A stretch of DNA of 64,000 nucleotides. Origin: Phoronis australis. Its lineage: Eukaryota; Animalia; Phoronida. The translations under genes were made by a program, and so were the position numbers. The notes under the pieces were generated by a model, which was not told the DNA's origin, did not search any database, and saw only the letters and a list, made by a program, of their open reading frames with translations. Of this stretch, positions 63,801-64,000 are shown piece after piece. The stretch lies in assembly GCA_002633005.1 (NCBI GenBank), contig NMRA01000269.1, positions 1 to 64,000 of the forward strand. Reading direction: 5' to 3'. The first letter of the stretch is position 1. Every line of letters begins with the position of its first letter.

Positions 63801-64000
63801 GTGTGCGGGACTCATGAGCAGGAAAAGTGATGCTACGCCTTGCGGCGAAAAGTGTACTGAGTTGGTGGATGTTTTATTTCAAGCCATGTGAAACAAAAAA
63901 TAGATAACTTTGATAGAAAATGCTCTTGGGACGGACTTCGCAAACTTCAAACCCCAGGGAGCCAAGTCTTGAGTCATACTAGAAGGGTCGGCTCATTTAT

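Overview
AT-rich, repeat-dense animal (probably marine invertebrate) genomic DNA with spliceosomal introns and two assembly gaps (8335-9080, 14117-15069). Host genes: (1) a convergent, inverted pair of secreted CTHRC1-C-terminal-domain genes. The minus-strand copy (26468-19320, 6 exons, 190 aa) is intact and has a short coiled coil in place of the collagen helix. The plus-strand copy (5478-13015) carries a 13-nt frameshifting deletion. (2) A SAMD9/SAMD9L-family gene (50421-55782) with a spliced N-terminal CARD, an AlbA_2 nuclease site that looks degenerate, and a single +1 frame break at TTT-CGA. The rest is mostly transposon debris: P/THAP, Kolobok-like, CACTA-like, Academ-like, LINE, Penelope and MITE elements. 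The most unexpected signal is a TSD-flanked P-type element (186-2598). Its THAP...PHD-like gene remnant ends in two tandem replication-dependent-histone 3' stem-loops plus an HDE-like element, with no histone gene present. All calls are by eye and family assignments rest on recalled motifs, not database searches.
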